Source: Elainellaceae cyanobacterium (GTDB taxonomy: Bacteria > Cyanobacteriota > Cyanobacteriia > CAZCXK01). From it: DNA of 40,470 nt. The notes beneath the pieces are model-generated. The model was not told the DNA's origin. It saw nothing but the letters and a program-made list of their open reading frames with translations, and ran no database searches. This document shows positions 19,514 through 32,651 of this stretch, piece after piece. Position numbers and translations under genes: made by a program. How positions within the stretch are numbered: the stretch's first letter is position 1; each line of letters starts with the position of its first letter. The DNA is taken from contig JBNPEG010000022.1 in the NCBI GenBank assembly GCA_051117555.1, forward strand, positions 1-40,470, in the 5' to 3' direction.

Positions 19514-19993
19514 ATGTCTGCCCACTCTCGACTCAGACTTAGATGGGTCAATGCGATCGCCATTACAGCTGCACTAGGGGTTCTCCCCGCTGTTGCACAA
19601 ACCGCAAACTTCGGGTCTGTTACGATATCCAGCAATACACTGGCATCGGTGCAACCTCTACAGGGATATACTCAAGGGTCTTTTTCCCTATCTGCGATTG
19701 CAAATCGCGATCGCAACGGAGATTTATGCTTGGGGTATGCCGAATCTACGCCCGATCACATTATGGTTTTAGAACAAGATTTTTCCCAATTGTCAGTACG
19801 GGTAAACAGCGGGGGCGATACAACCCTGCTGATTCAAGGCCCCGACGACGGTACGATTCGCTGCGGTGACGATACGGGTAATAATCCTGATGCCAGTATC
19901 CGAGATTCAAATTGGCAAGCTGGACGCTATAAGGTATGGGTTGGCTCATTTGATTCGGGTGTACGCCACGATTATCAATTGACAATTCGCTAA
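19514..19993 (+). CDS. Secreted hypothetical protein (pre-peptidase/PPC-like beta domain suspected)
   Basis: Signal peptide ending AVA-QT; CLGY...PDH...DTTLLIQGP...CGDD...GRYKVWVGS. Confidence 0.75.
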   Translation: MSAHSRLRLRWVNAIAITAALGVLPAVAQTANFGSVTISSNTLASVQPLQGYTQGSFSLSAIANRDRNGDLCLGYAESTPDHIMVLEQDFSQLSVRVNSGGDTTLLIQGPDDGTIRCGDDTGNNPDASIRDSNWQAGRYKVWVGSFDSGVRHDYQLTIR

Positions 19994-20211
19994 CAACTCA
20001 ATTATCAATTGAACCCGATCTGCAAATGTTTGGATCGCAATTGGGTCGGGTGAATCGCAATTGAGTCAGGCAGGTATAAACCCATTATCGCCCCGGCGTA
20101 TCTCATATGCTTCTGGTATGAAGATTACCCTAACAGTAGGATGTCGAACCGTCATCGATGAACGTTAAGATATAAATTGGTTTTCTTCTGCCAAACGGGG
20201 CTTAATTCACT

Positions 20212-21009
20212 GTGTTATCGAATTTGATTGCCGACTTTCGAATCATCTTTGAACGAGATCCGGCAGCACGCAACTGGCTCGAAGTTTTATTTTGTTATCC
20301 AGGCTTGCAGGCTCTTATCCTGCATCGGTTTTCGCATCAGCTTTACCAACTGAGACTTCCCCTGATCCCGCGCTTGATGTCTCACATTGCTCGGTTTTTG
20401 ACGGGCGTCGAGATTCATCCAGGTGCTCACGTCGGAAAAGGAGTGTGTATCGATCACGGTATGGGAGTCGTCATCGGGGAAACCGCCATCATTGGAGATT
20501 ATTGCTTGATTTATCAAGGGGTCACCTTGGGCGGCACTGGCAAAGAAAGCGGCAAGCGCCACCCAACGTTGGGCGCCAATGTGGTCGTGGGTGCTGGGGC
20601 TAAGGTGTTGGGCAACCTTCAAATTGGGGATAATGTTCGCATCGGGGCGGGATCGGTTGTCTTGCGGGATGTTCCATCAGATTGCACCGTTGTCGGAGTG
20701 CCAGGTCGGATTGTCTATCGATCGGGCGAACGGGTTGATCCACTAGAGCATGGTCGCTTGCCTGACTCTGAAGCTCAGGTGATCCGTACCTTAGTCGACC
20801 GGATTGAATCATTGGAACGGGAATTAGAGAATTTGAAGCAAAATCAACATGACCGCGATCGCCAGTTGATTACTGCAAATTCACGCCCGGCGTCCCTGGA
20901 GCGATTCGATGCATCCGATTCGGCGGCTCATCAACAGAACACTAAACTGACAAGCTGTCGGTTAAAAGATCGAGCGATCAACGAATTTCTCGATGGTGCG
21001 GGCATCTGA
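20212..21009 (+). CDS. cysE: Serine O-acetyltransferase
   Basis: ERDPAARN, TGVEIHPGA, IDHGMGVVIGETA and GGTGKESGKRHP. Confidence 0.97.
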   Translation: MLSNLIADFRIIFERDPAARNWLEVLFCYPGLQALILHRFSHQLYQLRLPLIPRLMSHIARFLTGVEIHPGAHVGKGVCIDHGMGVVIGETAIIGDYCLIYQGVTLGGTGKESGKRHPTLGANVVVGAGAKVLGNLQIGDNVRIGAGSVVLRDVPSDCTVVGVPGRIVYRSGERVDPLEHGRLPDSEAQVIRTLVDRIESLERELENLKQNQHDRDRQLITANSRPASLERFDASDSAAHQQNTKLTSCRLKDRAINEFLDGAGI

Positions 21010-21023
21010 AACGCCCCATAGTC

Positions 21024-21605
21024 TTAGGGGTTTACTTCCTTGGTTGACCAGTTGAGCTGGTCATCGCGGATGTAGATCCATCGATTTTGGGGATCGCCTC
21101 GCAACTCTAACTGATCGACGTTGATGGGTTCGAGCAGCAGCAGGCAAAAGTTTGGCGGCGGGGCATTCGATTCCGGAGGATCGATGTCAAAGGATTCGTC
21201 ATGCTTCCGAGGCTGGCCCGGATGCGGCCAGACAAATTGCAGACGAGACGCATCTGAAAGCTCTTGCCACTGTTCTTTTCTGGCATCACGGAACCGATCG
21301 CGAGGATGATTGTCGCCAATCAGCGTCAATAGACCACTTAGCCTAAATTGTTCGCGGGTCTTCTCGAAATACCAGCAGGCTTCTCCCCACGGGCAAGACT
21401 CAATCTGATGAATTTTTTCGCTGCGATCATCAGTCACGAACTTGAGCTGATTGGTGTCGTCAAGAAACCCTCGAAAAACAAGGGTTCGATTGGCGGGTTT
21501 TCCGTCAGGCCGAACAGTGGCAAGCTGTAAATAGCGAGCATATGCCAAGGAGCGGTTTCGGTGCAGTGCCCGTGCTATGGGCGATCGCCACGGGGCGAGA
21601 GACAT
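21024..21605 (-). CDS. FMN-dependent pyridoxamine 5'-phosphate oxidase-like flavoprotein
   Basis: QLATV...PANRTLVFRGF, TDDRSEK, CWYF..TREQFR and VDQLELRGDPQNR. Confidence 0.88.
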   Translation of the reverse strand: MSLAPWRSPIARALHRNRSLAYARYLQLATVRPDGKPANRTLVFRGFLDDTNQLKFVTDDRSEKIHQIESCPWGEACWYFEKTREQFRLSGLLTLIGDNHPRDRFRDARKEQWQELSDASRLQFVWPHPGQPRKHDESFDIDPPESNAPPPNFCLLLLEPINVDQLELRGDPQNRWIYIRDDQLNWSTKEVNP

Positions 21606-21717
21606 AAACTGATGGCAATGTAACAACTTGTAAAGCCTAACAGATTGCTAGAGTTAAGGCGCGTCTCTCTAAAGGCATGATCGGCACTCATTCTGTAGGC
21701 AGAATCTAGTGATATCC

Positions 21718-21763
21718 GATTTTGGATTTTGGATTTTGGATTTTCAATTTTGGATTTTGGATT
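21718..21763 (+). repeat. Heptameric STRR-type tandem repeat (GATTTTG, ~6.5 copies)
   Basis: Directly visible; typical of filamentous cyanobacteria. Confidence 0.9.
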
Positions 21764-21950
21764 GGTAAGTGCCGCTAAGGGGGGCTCAGAATTTATATAG
21801 CTCTAATTCGCAGGATTGGATAGGCCTTCACGTTGTAAGCGGGGGCAACGCCATCTTGCCAGGATTTTTGTTCTTGCTCCCGTTGTGCGTCGAAATGCGT
21901 TGCCCGTGAGATTTGGGGCTATTAACCGGCACGTCCCTCAATGGTATTGG

Positions 21951-23258
<1,308 letters not shown>

Positions 23259-23584
23259 CTATTCCTCGTCAATTGCGTTACAAACAGTTTTTTTCAATCT
23301 TCAACCCAGCATGACAAATGTTGGATGGTTTGTAATCCTAATAGCAGTTCAGACTCAGCCTAAGAAGAAATCGCTCCAAAAATTCTAAATTTCCATCGTC
23401 ACCTCATGTCTACAAACCCTAATCATATCTGGCTTATATTCCTCGTGATGAAAGATTTGAGTGATTCTCTCAACGGAATTTTAGAGGTTTTGATTGCCGG
23501 GTCGAGACGGGTGTGACTCACAACCTGCTGTGATTCACAATAAGATTAAAGTCTGGTTTGGAGAATCTCAACGAGGAATTAACC

Positions 23585-24022
23585 ATGCGAATGCTACACA
23601 CAATGCTGCGGGTTGGCAACCTCAACGAATCGCTAACATTTTATTGCGATGTCTTAGGCATGAAGTTGCTGCGCCAGAAAGATTATCCAGGGGGAGAATT
23701 TACGCTGGCGTTTGTCGGATACGGTGACGAATCTGATCATACTGTTCTCGAATTGACCTATAACTGGGGAACTGACAGTTATGACTTAGGCGATGCTTAT
23801 GGACATATTGCAATCGGAGTTGATGATATTTACAGAACCTGTGATGCGATCAAACAGCGGGGTGGCAAAGTCGTTCGCGAACCTGGCCCTATGAAGCATG
23901 GGTCAACGGTGATTGCATTTGTTGAAGACCCAAACGGATATAAAATCGAGTTAATTCAGCTTGGCACTCAAGGGTCGGCTCAGTCTAAGCAAGAGTCTGC
24001 ACCCCAAATGGCAACTTCATAA
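23585..24022 (+). CDS. gloA: Lactoylglutathione lyase (glyoxalase I)
   Basis: [25 protein letters not shown] and [16 protein letters not shown] upstream. Confidence 0.96.
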   Translation: MRMLHTMLRVGNLNESLTFYCDVLGMKLLRQKDYPGGEFTLAFVGYGDESDHTVLELTYNWGTDSYDLGDAYGHIAIGVDDIYRTCDAIKQRGGKVVREPGPMKHGSTVIAFVEDPNGYKIELIQLGTQGSAQSKQESAPQMATS

Positions 24023-24026
24023 TGTC

Positions 24027-24102
24027 GGATTTGTGTGGTGAGCCTCCGCGCCGCGGGGTCTCACACACGTTCAACATCCTAACGCGAGAGCGTACGGCTA
24101 CA
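24027..24102 (-). repeat. Dispersed miniature repeat, copy 3 (one end truncated)
   Basis: TTTGTGTGGTGAGCC...CACGTTCAACATCCTAACGCGAGAGCGTACGGCTA matches copy 2. Confidence 0.8.
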
Positions 24103-24206
24103 GAAAAACTTACAAAAAAGGGGCTAAGTCACGCTTAACCCCCTTCACGTTTCGATTAGAAAATAGCGTCAATCAAACGATAACGCAACTAGTAGAGCAA
24201 ACCTCA

Positions 24207-25541
24207 TCACTCAAGAATGACTTTATCAACAACTTCGATTTTGCCTTCCTGAGTAACTGTCCAGACATCATAGCTGCCGATTACATCACCATTTTCATCG
24301 ATGTCGACCTGGCCGCTTGCACCTTGATAATTAATGTCTTCGCCAGCTTTGATTAATTCTAGAGCTTCGCAGACATCAGTGACTTCCGTACCTGGTCCAC
24401 CGGAAACAGTGCGAATTTGATCTTTAATCGCTTCTCCGCTATTTTCTCCAGCCGCCTGGGCCGCCAGGACGAGAACGGCTGCTGCATCCCAAGTATGAGG
24501 AACAAACGCTCCTGGGGCCTCCCCAAATTGTTCTTCCCACAAAGCAGTAAAGTCTTCTAATGCTGGGCCTGCTGCACCCGGAACGGTGCCAACTGCGTCG
24601 GATAGGATGTAGTTTCCTTCTGAAGTTTGGCCAACATCCTCTGGGAATGATTCAGTTTGTACTCCATCAGTCAAGATAACCTGAACACCTTCTTTTAAAC
24701 CTTGCTCATAGGCAGATTTGAGCAACAGTGCGCCTGTTTCGACATAGAGAACGCCAAGCACAGCATCCGGATCGCCACCAAAGGCCGCTGTTGCTTCAGA
24801 ATCAAAGGTTGTTGCCTTAGGGTCATAACGGACTGGATTATCCTTATTCACAACCGTTCCGCCGAGCGATTCAAATGCTTCAACAAAAGCTTGCTCGTAG
24901 CCGACTCCATAGTCATTGTTGATAACAGCGGTTGCAACATTAGTTAAGCCGCGATCCATCGCGAGCTGGGCAGATGCCTGAGCTTGATAAACGTCGGGCG
25001 GTGCAGTCCGTGCCCAGTAGCCCTCAAAGTCTCCTGCCTCAGCTCGCTCAGTAAAGACCGGACTCGTACTACCCGGAGACACCATAGGTACTTGGTTTCG
25101 AACCGCTACATCGACTGCAGCGCTCGATACACTACTAGCAAACGCCCCTACTACACCATGCACTTGGTCAGCTTCGGCAAGTTTAGTCATTGCTTCAGCG
25201 CCAGCAGTAGGATCTGTTTGAGTGTCTTCGATAATTAGCGTAACCGGAGCATCGTTTACGCCACCGCATGCATTCACGGTTTCAACAAGTAGGGGAAGTG
25301 CGTCGAGCATAGGCTGCCCAATCGAAGATAGGTCTCCCGTTGCAGGAAGAAGAGCACCCAGTTTTAAGCCATCTCCTGATGCTTCCGCAGGTGTCTCTTC
25401 GCTGCCTTCAGTAGATGCGGTATCAGTGCCCGCTTGCTGACACGCAGCTGCGAATACTCCTGCAGCCAACGCCGCAACTGTTAACGGAATTAGAGAATGC
25501 ACTTTTAAGTTACTGCCAAATTGAAAATTCATCTTTCTCAT
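24207..25541 (-). CDS. Amino-acid ABC transporter substrate-binding lipoprotein (NatB/LivJ-like)
   Basis: Lipobox AAAC, LGALLPATGDL, ARTAPPD and INYQGASG. Confidence 0.9.
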   Translation of the reverse strand: MRKMNFQFGSNLKVHSLIPLTVAALAAGVFAAACQQAGTDTASTEGSEETPAEASGDGLKLGALLPATGDLSSIGQPMLDALPLLVETVNACGGVNDAPVTLIIEDTQTDPTAGAEAMTKLAEADQVHGVVGAFASSVSSAAVDVAVRNQVPMVSPGSTSPVFTERAEAGDFEGYWARTAPPDVYQAQASAQLAMDRGLTNVATAVINNDYGVGYEQAFVEAFESLGGTVVNKDNPVRYDPKATTFDSEATAAFGGDPDAVLGVLYVETGALLLKSAYEQGLKEGVQVILTDGVQTESFPEDVGQTSEGNYILSDAVGTVPGAAGPALEDFTALWEEQFGEAPGAFVPHTWDAAAVLVLAAQAAGENSGEAIKDQIRTVSGGPGTEVTDVCEALELIKAGEDINYQGASGQVDIDENGDVIGSYDVWTVTQEGKIEVVDKVILE

Positions 25542-25815
25542 CCTGATATACTCCTAGGCGCCTCAAAGGATGAACATATGGTAAGCCAATCGTTACATGG
25601 ATACTCAGTCGGGTAACAAACATGTTACTCCTAGTGAGCATTAAGACCATGTATTGTGTCACCAGGTACAACCTGATCCATGATGATCAAAGATCAGCTT
25701 GTAGGTCTTGTCTGTATCCAAATGACCCTAATCATAAAACAATTTGACAGAAAATGTAATACAGCACACATGAGCACTGATAGAGTAACCTGGTTTGAAG
25801 ACGTCAGATCACCCC

Positions 25816-26829
25816 TTAAAGACGAATCTGTTTTAGATCACTGCGCGGATTGTAGCTGCGCGATGCTCGAATCTGCTCATATAGGTTACGTTCGGTAGGG
25901 CTGGGATCTTTGGGTGGCGAGATTAAGATTCGCACGAGTTGATCGCCCCGTCCTCCCTTAGGGTTTGGCCAACCTTTACCCCGCAGGCGTAAACTTTGTC
26001 CCGAACGAATCCCAGCCGGGATATTCATGCTAACTGTGCCATCAGGAGTGGGTACCTCGATTGAACCCCCTAGTACAGCTTCATCGGGCGTGATTGGAAT
26101 TTCGCATACGAGATTATCTCCCTCAAATTGGAAGAAAGGGTGAGGCTGGAGTTCAACAGTGAGGTACAGATCGCCTCGTGCTTGAGTATAGGGGCTCAGT
26201 TGTCCTTTGCCTCGGATACGAATTCGACTGCCAGACTTTGCTCCCGGTGGGATCCGGACATCGATAATCTCACTACCGATGCTGAGTCGTTGTTGAACGC
26301 CGTGGAATGCTTCTGAAAAGCTGAGTGAGATCGAGGATTCAAGGTCTTGACCAGCAGAAACAGGTTCCTCGAAACCTCCAAAGTCATTAAACCCGCTAAA
26401 TCCACCAAATCCGGGCGATCGCCCGCTTTGGGTCCGATACGTATAAGTTTGCCGTCGTCCACCTGGTGCCGGCCCACCGAATCGTCCTAATAGCTCATTG
26501 ATAAACTCGTCAAAACTACCATATCGACCAAATTCAAATCCTTCAAAGTCGACATCGGCACCCCTGGTTCCAGGCCATCCTCCTGCACTACCCGCTTGTT
26601 TCCAATATTGACCAAACTGGTCATACTTCTGACGTTTTTCAGGATCAGACAAGACCTCATACGCCTCATTCACTTCCTTGAATCGGGCTTCAGCACTTTT
26701 ATCACCCGGATTCATATCAGGGTGATATTGACGAGCTAATTTGCGAAATGCCTTCTTAATCTCGCTAGCATCCGCACTTTTACTCACTCCCAAAATGGCA
26801 TAGTAGTCTTTGAAATCGGTCGCAGCCAT
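25816..26829 (-). CDS. DnaJ class II / CbpA-like co-chaperone
   Basis: J-domain with HPD, G/F-rich linker and C-terminal domain; no Zn finger. Confidence 0.93.
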   Translation of the reverse strand: MAATDFKDYYAILGVSKSADASEIKKAFRKLARQYHPDMNPGDKSAEARFKEVNEAYEVLSDPEKRQKYDQFGQYWKQAGSAGGWPGTRGADVDFEGFEFGRYGSFDEFINELLGRFGGPAPGGRRQTYTYRTQSGRSPGFGGFSGFNDFGGFEEPVSAGQDLESSISLSFSEAFHGVQQRLSIGSEIIDVRIPPGAKSGSRIRIRGKGQLSPYTQARGDLYLTVELQPHPFFQFEGDNLVCEIPITPDEAVLGGSIEVPTPDGTVSMNIPAGIRSGQSLRLRGKGWPNPKGGRGDQLVRILISPPKDPSPTERNLYEQIRASRSYNPRSDLKQIRL

Positions 26830-27184
26830 CGAGCCTGTCTCCTAGTACAAAGTTCGTCAGACATTTTCTAACAAGAGGATACGAACTATGTTCAACCCAC
26901 TTCATCCGATTAGTACAGATTCGGTTAAAAGAAGAATTATCGAACGCAGTTGCTTAGATTAACGTTACATAGTTCAATGTGCATGACAATTGTTCTAGTT
27001 CTAAGCTACCAAGGCTTCATAAGCAATTATGTTCGGATTTTGCGTGTAGGGCGATCGGGATTTCCGTACTCTGAAGATTAGGGCTATTAACTGGAATACA
27101 ACCATCTTCTAGCGCCTCGCCTCTCGGCGGTTCTAACATCCTCTAAGACGTCGTTTCAGAGATTAGGGAGAACGGAATATTAAA

Positions 27185-27679
27185 TCATTTGATATCCAAA
27201 GATGGATAGTGAATTAAGCAATCTATCTTTTCGTTTAGACTCGGCGGAACTGCTTGCAAACGTCGATGCATTCGCCAGATAACCTCATCAGGCACGCGGC
27301 GCGATCGCCCCCGATTTCGTTCTAAACAGCGCTCGACTGGGACGTCTAACCATAGAGCAACGATTCGGCTAAATCCAACAGTGCGAGCCAGGTCTATAAC
27401 AGTTCGTCGATTGCGCCTAACGGCATTGGTCGCATCATAAATTGCGGTACGATCTTGCCTATGATTTTGACTAAGCTGCTCAATAGTGTCTCGAAACTGA
27501 CGCTGAATTTCGCCCCAAACGAGGCTCCAAGATCCTTGGACTGCCTCGTCTCCAAATAGCTGATTTCGAATCGCATCTGTTGAAATCAGATAGTGTCCAA
27601 CTCCATCCCGAATCAGACATTTTGCCAACGTTGACTTGCCGCTTCCAGGTAAACCGATAAGCAGAATGAGCCTAGGCAT
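27185..27679 (-). CDS. P-loop kinase / AAA_33 family ATPase
   Basis: GLPGSGKST, ISTDAIR, YDATN and CLERN..R..RVP. Confidence 0.88.
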   Translation of the reverse strand: MPRLILLIGLPGSGKSTLAKCLIRDGVGHYLISTDAIRNQLFGDEAVQGSWSLVWGEIQRQFRDTIEQLSQNHRQDRTAIYDATNAVRRNRRTVIDLARTVGFSRIVALWLDVPVERCLERNRGRSRRVPDEVIWRMHRRLQAVPPSLNEKIDCLIHYPSLDIK

Positions 27680-27730
27680 TGCAGTTTAAATAATGCTGAT
27701 ATGACGCGATCGCTCGTCCTAATCTTGCTA

Positions 27731-29020
27731 TTAAATCACTGTCCCGTCAGGGATCACTGCATTTTTCAAAATCACAACGATTCCATTGCGAATAAGAAAT
27801 CCTTGGTCTTCACGATCTGCTTCTTCAACTCGGTCTTTATTTAAGATTTGCACATCACGACCAATTCGCGCATTCTTATCGATGATGGCTCTTTGAACAA
27901 CTGTATTGGTTCCAATTCCTAATGGAACTGAGCTACTAGATTCCCCACCATGTCGTTCTGCAAAGGGCTGATAATAATCGGCACCCATAATTAACGCATC
28001 TCGAACAATGCAGCCTGATTCAACCCGGCTTCGAATACCCAATACAGAATGGTGGATTTGACAGTTCTTGACGATACAACCGTCTCCAATGATCGATTCG
28101 GTGACCTGACAGTCTTGAAGCTTTGTCGGGGGTAGATAACGAGCTCTTGTATAAATCGGAGCATCTTCGTCATAAAAGCTAAAGGCAGGACGAGGCTGTT
28201 CGGTCAGAGCCAAATTGGATTCATAGAAGGCTTCTATGGTTCCGATGTCTTCCCAATAGTCATCAAATAGGTAAGCCTGCACATTATAATCTTTAGCTGA
28301 AGCCGGGATAATCTCCTTCCCAAAGTCCGTTTGCTCAAGATTATTTTTGAGCAGATTGATTAACACGTCTTTCTTGAAGACGTAGATTCCCATCGACGCA
28401 ATGTATGGCTTTACCTGAGCCTGATCAGCGGTCAATCCCAGTGTCGTTGTATCGACCTGCATTGTCTTCAACGCATCTCCCTTAGGCTTTTCTAGAAAGC
28501 TAACCACCCGTCCGGTGTCGTCAATCTTCATCAGGCCAAAGCTCGACGCACGCTTTTCATCAATGGGCACAACCGATAGCGTAATGTCGGCATTGGTTTC
28601 TCGATGGCGCTGCACAAATAGTCGATAATCCATCCGATAAAGGTGATCGCCCGAAAGAATCAAATATTCATCGACATCCCATTCTTGGAGCAACCATAAA
28701 TATTTGCGGACAGCATCGGCTGTACCTTGAAACCAGCTTGGATTCTCAGGGGTTTGCTGGGCAGCAAGAACTTCGACAAAACCGTCTGAGAACACTGAAA
28801 AACTGTAAGCGCGTGCGATATGGCGATTCAGAGACGCTGAATTGAATTGCGTCAAGACATAAATCTTGAGAATCTCAGAATTGATACAGTTGCTAACCGG
28901 AATATCGATTAGCCGATACTTTCCTGCTAATGGAACGGCAGGCTTAGCACGTTGCTTGGTCAATGGATAGAGTCGGGTGCCAGCACCTCCGCCTAAGATG
29001 ATTCCAAGTACTCTTTTCAC
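27731..29020 (-). CDS. glgC: Glucose-1-phosphate adenylyltransferase
   Basis: [32 protein letters not shown] and [10 protein letters not shown]. Confidence 0.98.
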   Translation of the reverse strand: MKRVLGIILGGGAGTRLYPLTKQRAKPAVPLAGKYRLIDIPVSNCINSEILKIYVLTQFNSASLNRHIARAYSFSVFSDGFVEVLAAQQTPENPSWFQGTADAVRKYLWLLQEWDVDEYLILSGDHLYRMDYRLFVQRHRETNADITLSVVPIDEKRASSFGLMKIDDTGRVVSFLEKPKGDALKTMQVDTTTLGLTADQAQVKPYIASMGIYVFKKDVLINLLKNNLEQTDFGKEIIPASAKDYNVQAYLFDDYWEDIGTIEAFYESNLALTEQPRPAFSFYDEDAPIYTRARYLPPTKLQDCQVTESIIGDGCIVKNCQIHHSVLGIRSRVESGCIVRDALIMGADYYQPFAERHGGESSSSVPLGIGTNTVVQRAIIDKNARIGRDVQILNKDRVEEADREDQGFLIRNGIVVILKNAVIPDGTVI

Positions 29021-29153
29021 AATGACCTCTTAAATGCTTCTTAAACTCTTACCAATTCCCCCTTTCAGTGTCTGATTGTAAGCGGCAGTTGGCAAGTCCT
29101 ATTTTAGAAAATCTGACTGGGGGTATAAATTTATGAGCAAAGCTGACGGCTCT

Positions 29154-30305
29154 TCACTCAGCTCCTTCTGGTTTCAGCCATTCTGCAAATTCGATTGCGA
29201 ATCGATCCGCTAAAATTGCCTCGCGAATACGCCGGGTAAATCCAACAAGTTCGGTGATGTTGTGGATGGAGAGCAGAGTGTATGCCAATAGCTCGTGAGA
29301 ACGCAACAGATGGCTAATATAGGCGCGGGTAAACGTTTGACAGGTATAGCACAAGCAATCAGAATCTATAGCTGCAAAATCATCTCGGAACCGAGCATTT
29401 TTCATATTCCATCGCTTGCCTTTGATCAAGACGTTTCCGTGACGGGCAAAGCGAGTCGGAATTACGCAATCAAATAGATCAATGCCAGCGGCGATCGCCT
29501 GTGCCATTTCTCGAGGAGTGCCGACGCCCATCAAGTATCGAGGCTTATTTTCTGGCAATAGGGGGGCGGTCGCTTTAACAATTGATTCAATCAGCTCTGC
29601 GGGTTCACCAACGCTAACTCCGCCTATTGCAAACCCTGGAAGATCGAGATCTGCCAGCAATCTAGCCGATTGTTGGCGCAAATCGCAATAGACTCCTCCC
29701 TGAACGATGCCAAATAGGGCTTGGTCGTGGCGATCGTGGGCCATAATGCAGCGCTTTAGCCATCGGTACGTTCGCTCAGTTGCTTCAGTTACGGCATCTC
29801 GACTTGCGGGATACGGAGGGCATTCATCAAACGCCATAATCACGTCAGCGCCCAGCATGTTTTGGATTTGAATCGATCGCTCTGGCGTCAGGTGAATCAT
29901 CTGGCCATCCCGGGGCGATCGAAATGTGACCCCCTCTTCCGAAATTGATCGCAGCTCACTCAAGCTAAAAACTTGAAACCCGCCTGAATCTGTCAAAATA
30001 GGCCCCGTCCATCCCATAAATTGATGAAGACCACCCGCCTTTGCGACAACGTCTTCCCCAGGTTGGAGATGGAGATGATAGGTATTCGCCAAAACCATTT
30101 GTGCGCCTGTATCTTGGAGTTGTTTTGGCGTAACAGTTTTGACGTTTGCCAAGGTGCCTACTGGCATAAAACGAGGCGTTTCAACAGGTCCATGAGGAGT
30201 CAAGAATATTCCTGCTCGTGCCTGTGTGGTGCTACAACGAGCCTGACATTGGTAACTAAATCCCACGCTAAATTCTGACTCTGTAAATGAACAAAACCCA
30301 AACAA
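29154..30305 (-). CDS. tgt: Queuine tRNA-ribosyltransferase
   Basis: [25 protein letters not shown] and FDCVIPTR. True start may be the GTG at 30266. Confidence 0.96.
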   Translation of the reverse strand: MFGFCSFTESEFSVGFSYQCQARCSTTQARAGIFLTPHGPVETPRFMPVGTLANVKTVTPKQLQDTGAQMVLANTYHLHLQPGEDVVAKAGGLHQFMGWTGPILTDSGGFQVFSLSELRSISEEGVTFRSPRDGQMIHLTPERSIQIQNMLGADVIMAFDECPPYPASRDAVTEATERTYRWLKRCIMAHDRHDQALFGIVQGGVYCDLRQQSARLLADLDLPGFAIGGVSVGEPAELIESIVKATAPLLPENKPRYLMGVGTPREMAQAIAAGIDLFDCVIPTRFARHGNVLIKGKRWNMKNARFRDDFAAIDSDCLCYTCQTFTRAYISHLLRSHELLAYTLLSIHNITELVGFTRRIREAILADRFAIEFAEWLKPEGAE

Positions 30306-30308
30306 AAC

Positions 30309-30758
30309 TCACAGTGAAGAATTTTCCTCATCGTCCAATCGTACATCCCAGCTTGCTGAGAGTACTTCAGCGACCATGGCTTCCAACGCTAGGATACGTG
30401 AATTTTGCTCTTGAAGGGGATTAGAGAGCGGAATCAGCCTCAAACGACGATTATCTTGGATGAGATCCAAACATGCTTCCGATTCTGGAGAGATTCTTAG
30501 CTCCAAATAATCAAAACTGTGAACATTCAAATAAAGAGCATGATTACTGACAAGCGTAGCGTGACGTGGGTCAGCAAATACTTCAATAACAATACCTTCA
30601 TTGTCTGAGAGGGATTGGTCTGCCTGGGTATAAATATAATGAACCCGGTCTAATCCACAAAGCAGTCGCTGCATGTCTTGTTTGTTTACCACTATGCCCT
30701 GATCCACAATGCAGGGAGCGGGAAGAGGTGTATTTCCGTGAAGTTGGTCGTGACTCAT
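30309..30758 (-). CDS. Conserved cyanobacterial hypothetical protein
   Basis: 149 aa ATG ORF co-oriented with tgt; motifs PLPAPCIVDQG and LYLNVHSFDYL. Confidence 0.75.
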   Translation of the reverse strand: MSHDQLHGNTPLPAPCIVDQGIVVNKQDMQRLLCGLDRVHYIYTQADQSLSDNEGIVIEVFADPRHATLVSNHALYLNVHSFDYLELRISPESEACLDLIQDNRRLRLIPLSNPLQEQNSRILALEAMVAEVLSASWDVRLDDEENSSL

Positions 30759-31157
30759 TACCAGGAAACCCTTTGGTTTTGCTGAACCTACATGGGGTCA
30801 AAAAGATATGGCTGTGAGTTGAGGCCATATCCTTTATCGACCCGACCGCGATATCTCCAACCTATCAAATCGAGGTCACGTCAAGATGGAATATTAGGCT
30901 GTAGATGCTAGCCAGTAAGAGTAAAGTGAGCAGAATGAGAGTTTATTAATTTGACGATGAATACGGTTGTATCCTTGATGCAAGGACTTCCGTAGAATAT
31001 CTACATGTGATCTCAAAATTTGGGTGATCTCGAAATTCGGCATGTGGGCGATATGAGTGTGTCCATTAACTTTTAGTAATTAGCTTTCAGCGATAAATAG
31101 AATTTCTTAATGCTGAGCTATAGCGTTATCTTATCTCAATGAATCGAATGACTCTTA

Positions 31158-31955
31158 GTGAAATTTACGGAAGTTGATTTTAGTTATGAAGCTATTGTGA
31201 TTGCAGAATTTATCGCCGCGATCGCCTTCTACACATGCTTGCCCATTCCATCTCATTGGCATCAAGATTATCGTCGGATCGCCTATTTTGCTCCGTTTGT
31301 CGGTCTATTTATTGGAAGCTTACTATGCCTTGCTGACATAGGTCTACAGCAACTTGGGATGCCCATCTTGACCCGTAGCACTGTCATTGTTCTCAGTTGG
31401 TTGGGAATCACGGGCGGACTTCATCTCGACGGCGCAATGGATATGGCGGATGGGTTAGCCGTGACGGATCCAAACCGGCGATTAGACGTTATGGCTGACA
31501 GCGCAACTGGGGCATTTGGCGCAATGGCGGCGATCGCCATCGTGGTGCTCAAGATTTCTGCCATTGCCGATTATGCAACCCACCGATGGATGCCACTCCT
31601 TATTGCGCCCGTGTTAGGGCGCTGGGCTCAACAAGTGGCAATTGCCCAATATCCTTATCTCAAGCCGAATGGAAAAGGCGCATTCCACAAGGCTGCCGTG
31701 CGCTCACTATGGGATGTAGTGCCAGGAGTGCTGTTGCTAGTCGGATTAACTATAATCTGGGGAGTTGTGCAGCCGTCTAAACATCTAAACGTGATGGGTG
31801 CCATGATTCTAGGAGGAGCGATCGCCCTTTCTACCGGAGCGTGGATTCACCACAAATTAGGAGGTCAAACGGGTGATACCTATGGGGCGATTGTGGAATG
31901 GACAGAAGCGTTATTTTGGGTGGGTACAACGTTACTAGTCCGCCATCAGAACTGA
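31158..31955 (+). CDS. cobS: Adenosylcobinamide-GDP ribazoletransferase
   Basis: FYTCLP, TGGLHLDGAMD.ADGL, M.DS..GAFG and GGQTGDTYGA..E. Start may be GTG 31197. Confidence 0.94.
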   Translation: MKFTEVDFSYEAIVIAEFIAAIAFYTCLPIPSHWHQDYRRIAYFAPFVGLFIGSLLCLADIGLQQLGMPILTRSTVIVLSWLGITGGLHLDGAMDMADGLAVTDPNRRLDVMADSATGAFGAMAAIAIVVLKISAIADYATHRWMPLLIAPVLGRWAQQVAIAQYPYLKPNGKGAFHKAAVRSLWDVVPGVLLLVGLTIIWGVVQPSKHLNVMGAMILGGAIALSTGAWIHHKLGGQTGDTYGAIVEWTEALFWVGTTLLVRHQN

Positions 31956-32228
31956 GCCCTAAGCAAATAGTCGCTACACATCAATAAGCCGCTGCTTAAA
32001 ATTTGTAAAAATTTAAGCAGGGGATATGTCTCGCCTGCGCTGTTGAAACGTTCGCGCTAAGGCTTCAAACTCCATTCAACTTAACTTTTATGACAAAACG
32101 CTCTAGCAATCAATATTCTCTTTGATGAAACGATCTGTCTCTTACATAATCGTTCTGAACACAACCGACATACGCTAACGTAAGAATGACTCGTACATCC
32201 TCATGCCACGCTCTGATTCATACCTGTT

Positions 32229-32651
32229 ATGACATCTGACTGCGATGCCTTAGCTCCGAATTGTCTCGATTCTTGCGTTCAAACACTCGGTTTATCTCAG
32301 ATAGAGCGCCATGTGTTTCTTTGTGCTGACCAAACTTTGCCCAAATGTTGTGACAAGACCGCCAGCTTAGAATCTTGGAATCATCTCAAAACACGTCTCA
32401 AACAGCTTCGGTTAGATAAGCCAACATCTGAGCGTCCTGCCTGTGTTTTTCGCACGAAGGCTAATTGCCTTCGTGTATGCCAGCAGGGGCCAATCTTAGT
32501 GATCTATCCAGATGGCGTTTGGTATCACAGCGCCACGCCGGAGGTCATTGACCGAATTATTACTGAACATTTAATCGGGAACCAAATTGTCGAAGAGTAT
32601 GCATTTTTAATTCGCCCACTACCCAAATCTGCCAGTCCCCCGCCCAAATAA
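32229..32651 (+). CDS. Thioredoxin-like [2Fe-2S] ferredoxin
   Basis: HVFLC...KCC and ANCLRVCQQGPILVIYPDGVWY. Confidence 0.9.
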   Translation: MTSDCDALAPNCLDSCVQTLGLSQIERHVFLCADQTLPKCCDKTASLESWNHLKTRLKQLRLDKPTSERPACVFRTKANCLRVCQQGPILVIYPDGVWYHSATPEVIDRIITEHLIGNQIVEEYAFLIRPLPKSASPPPK

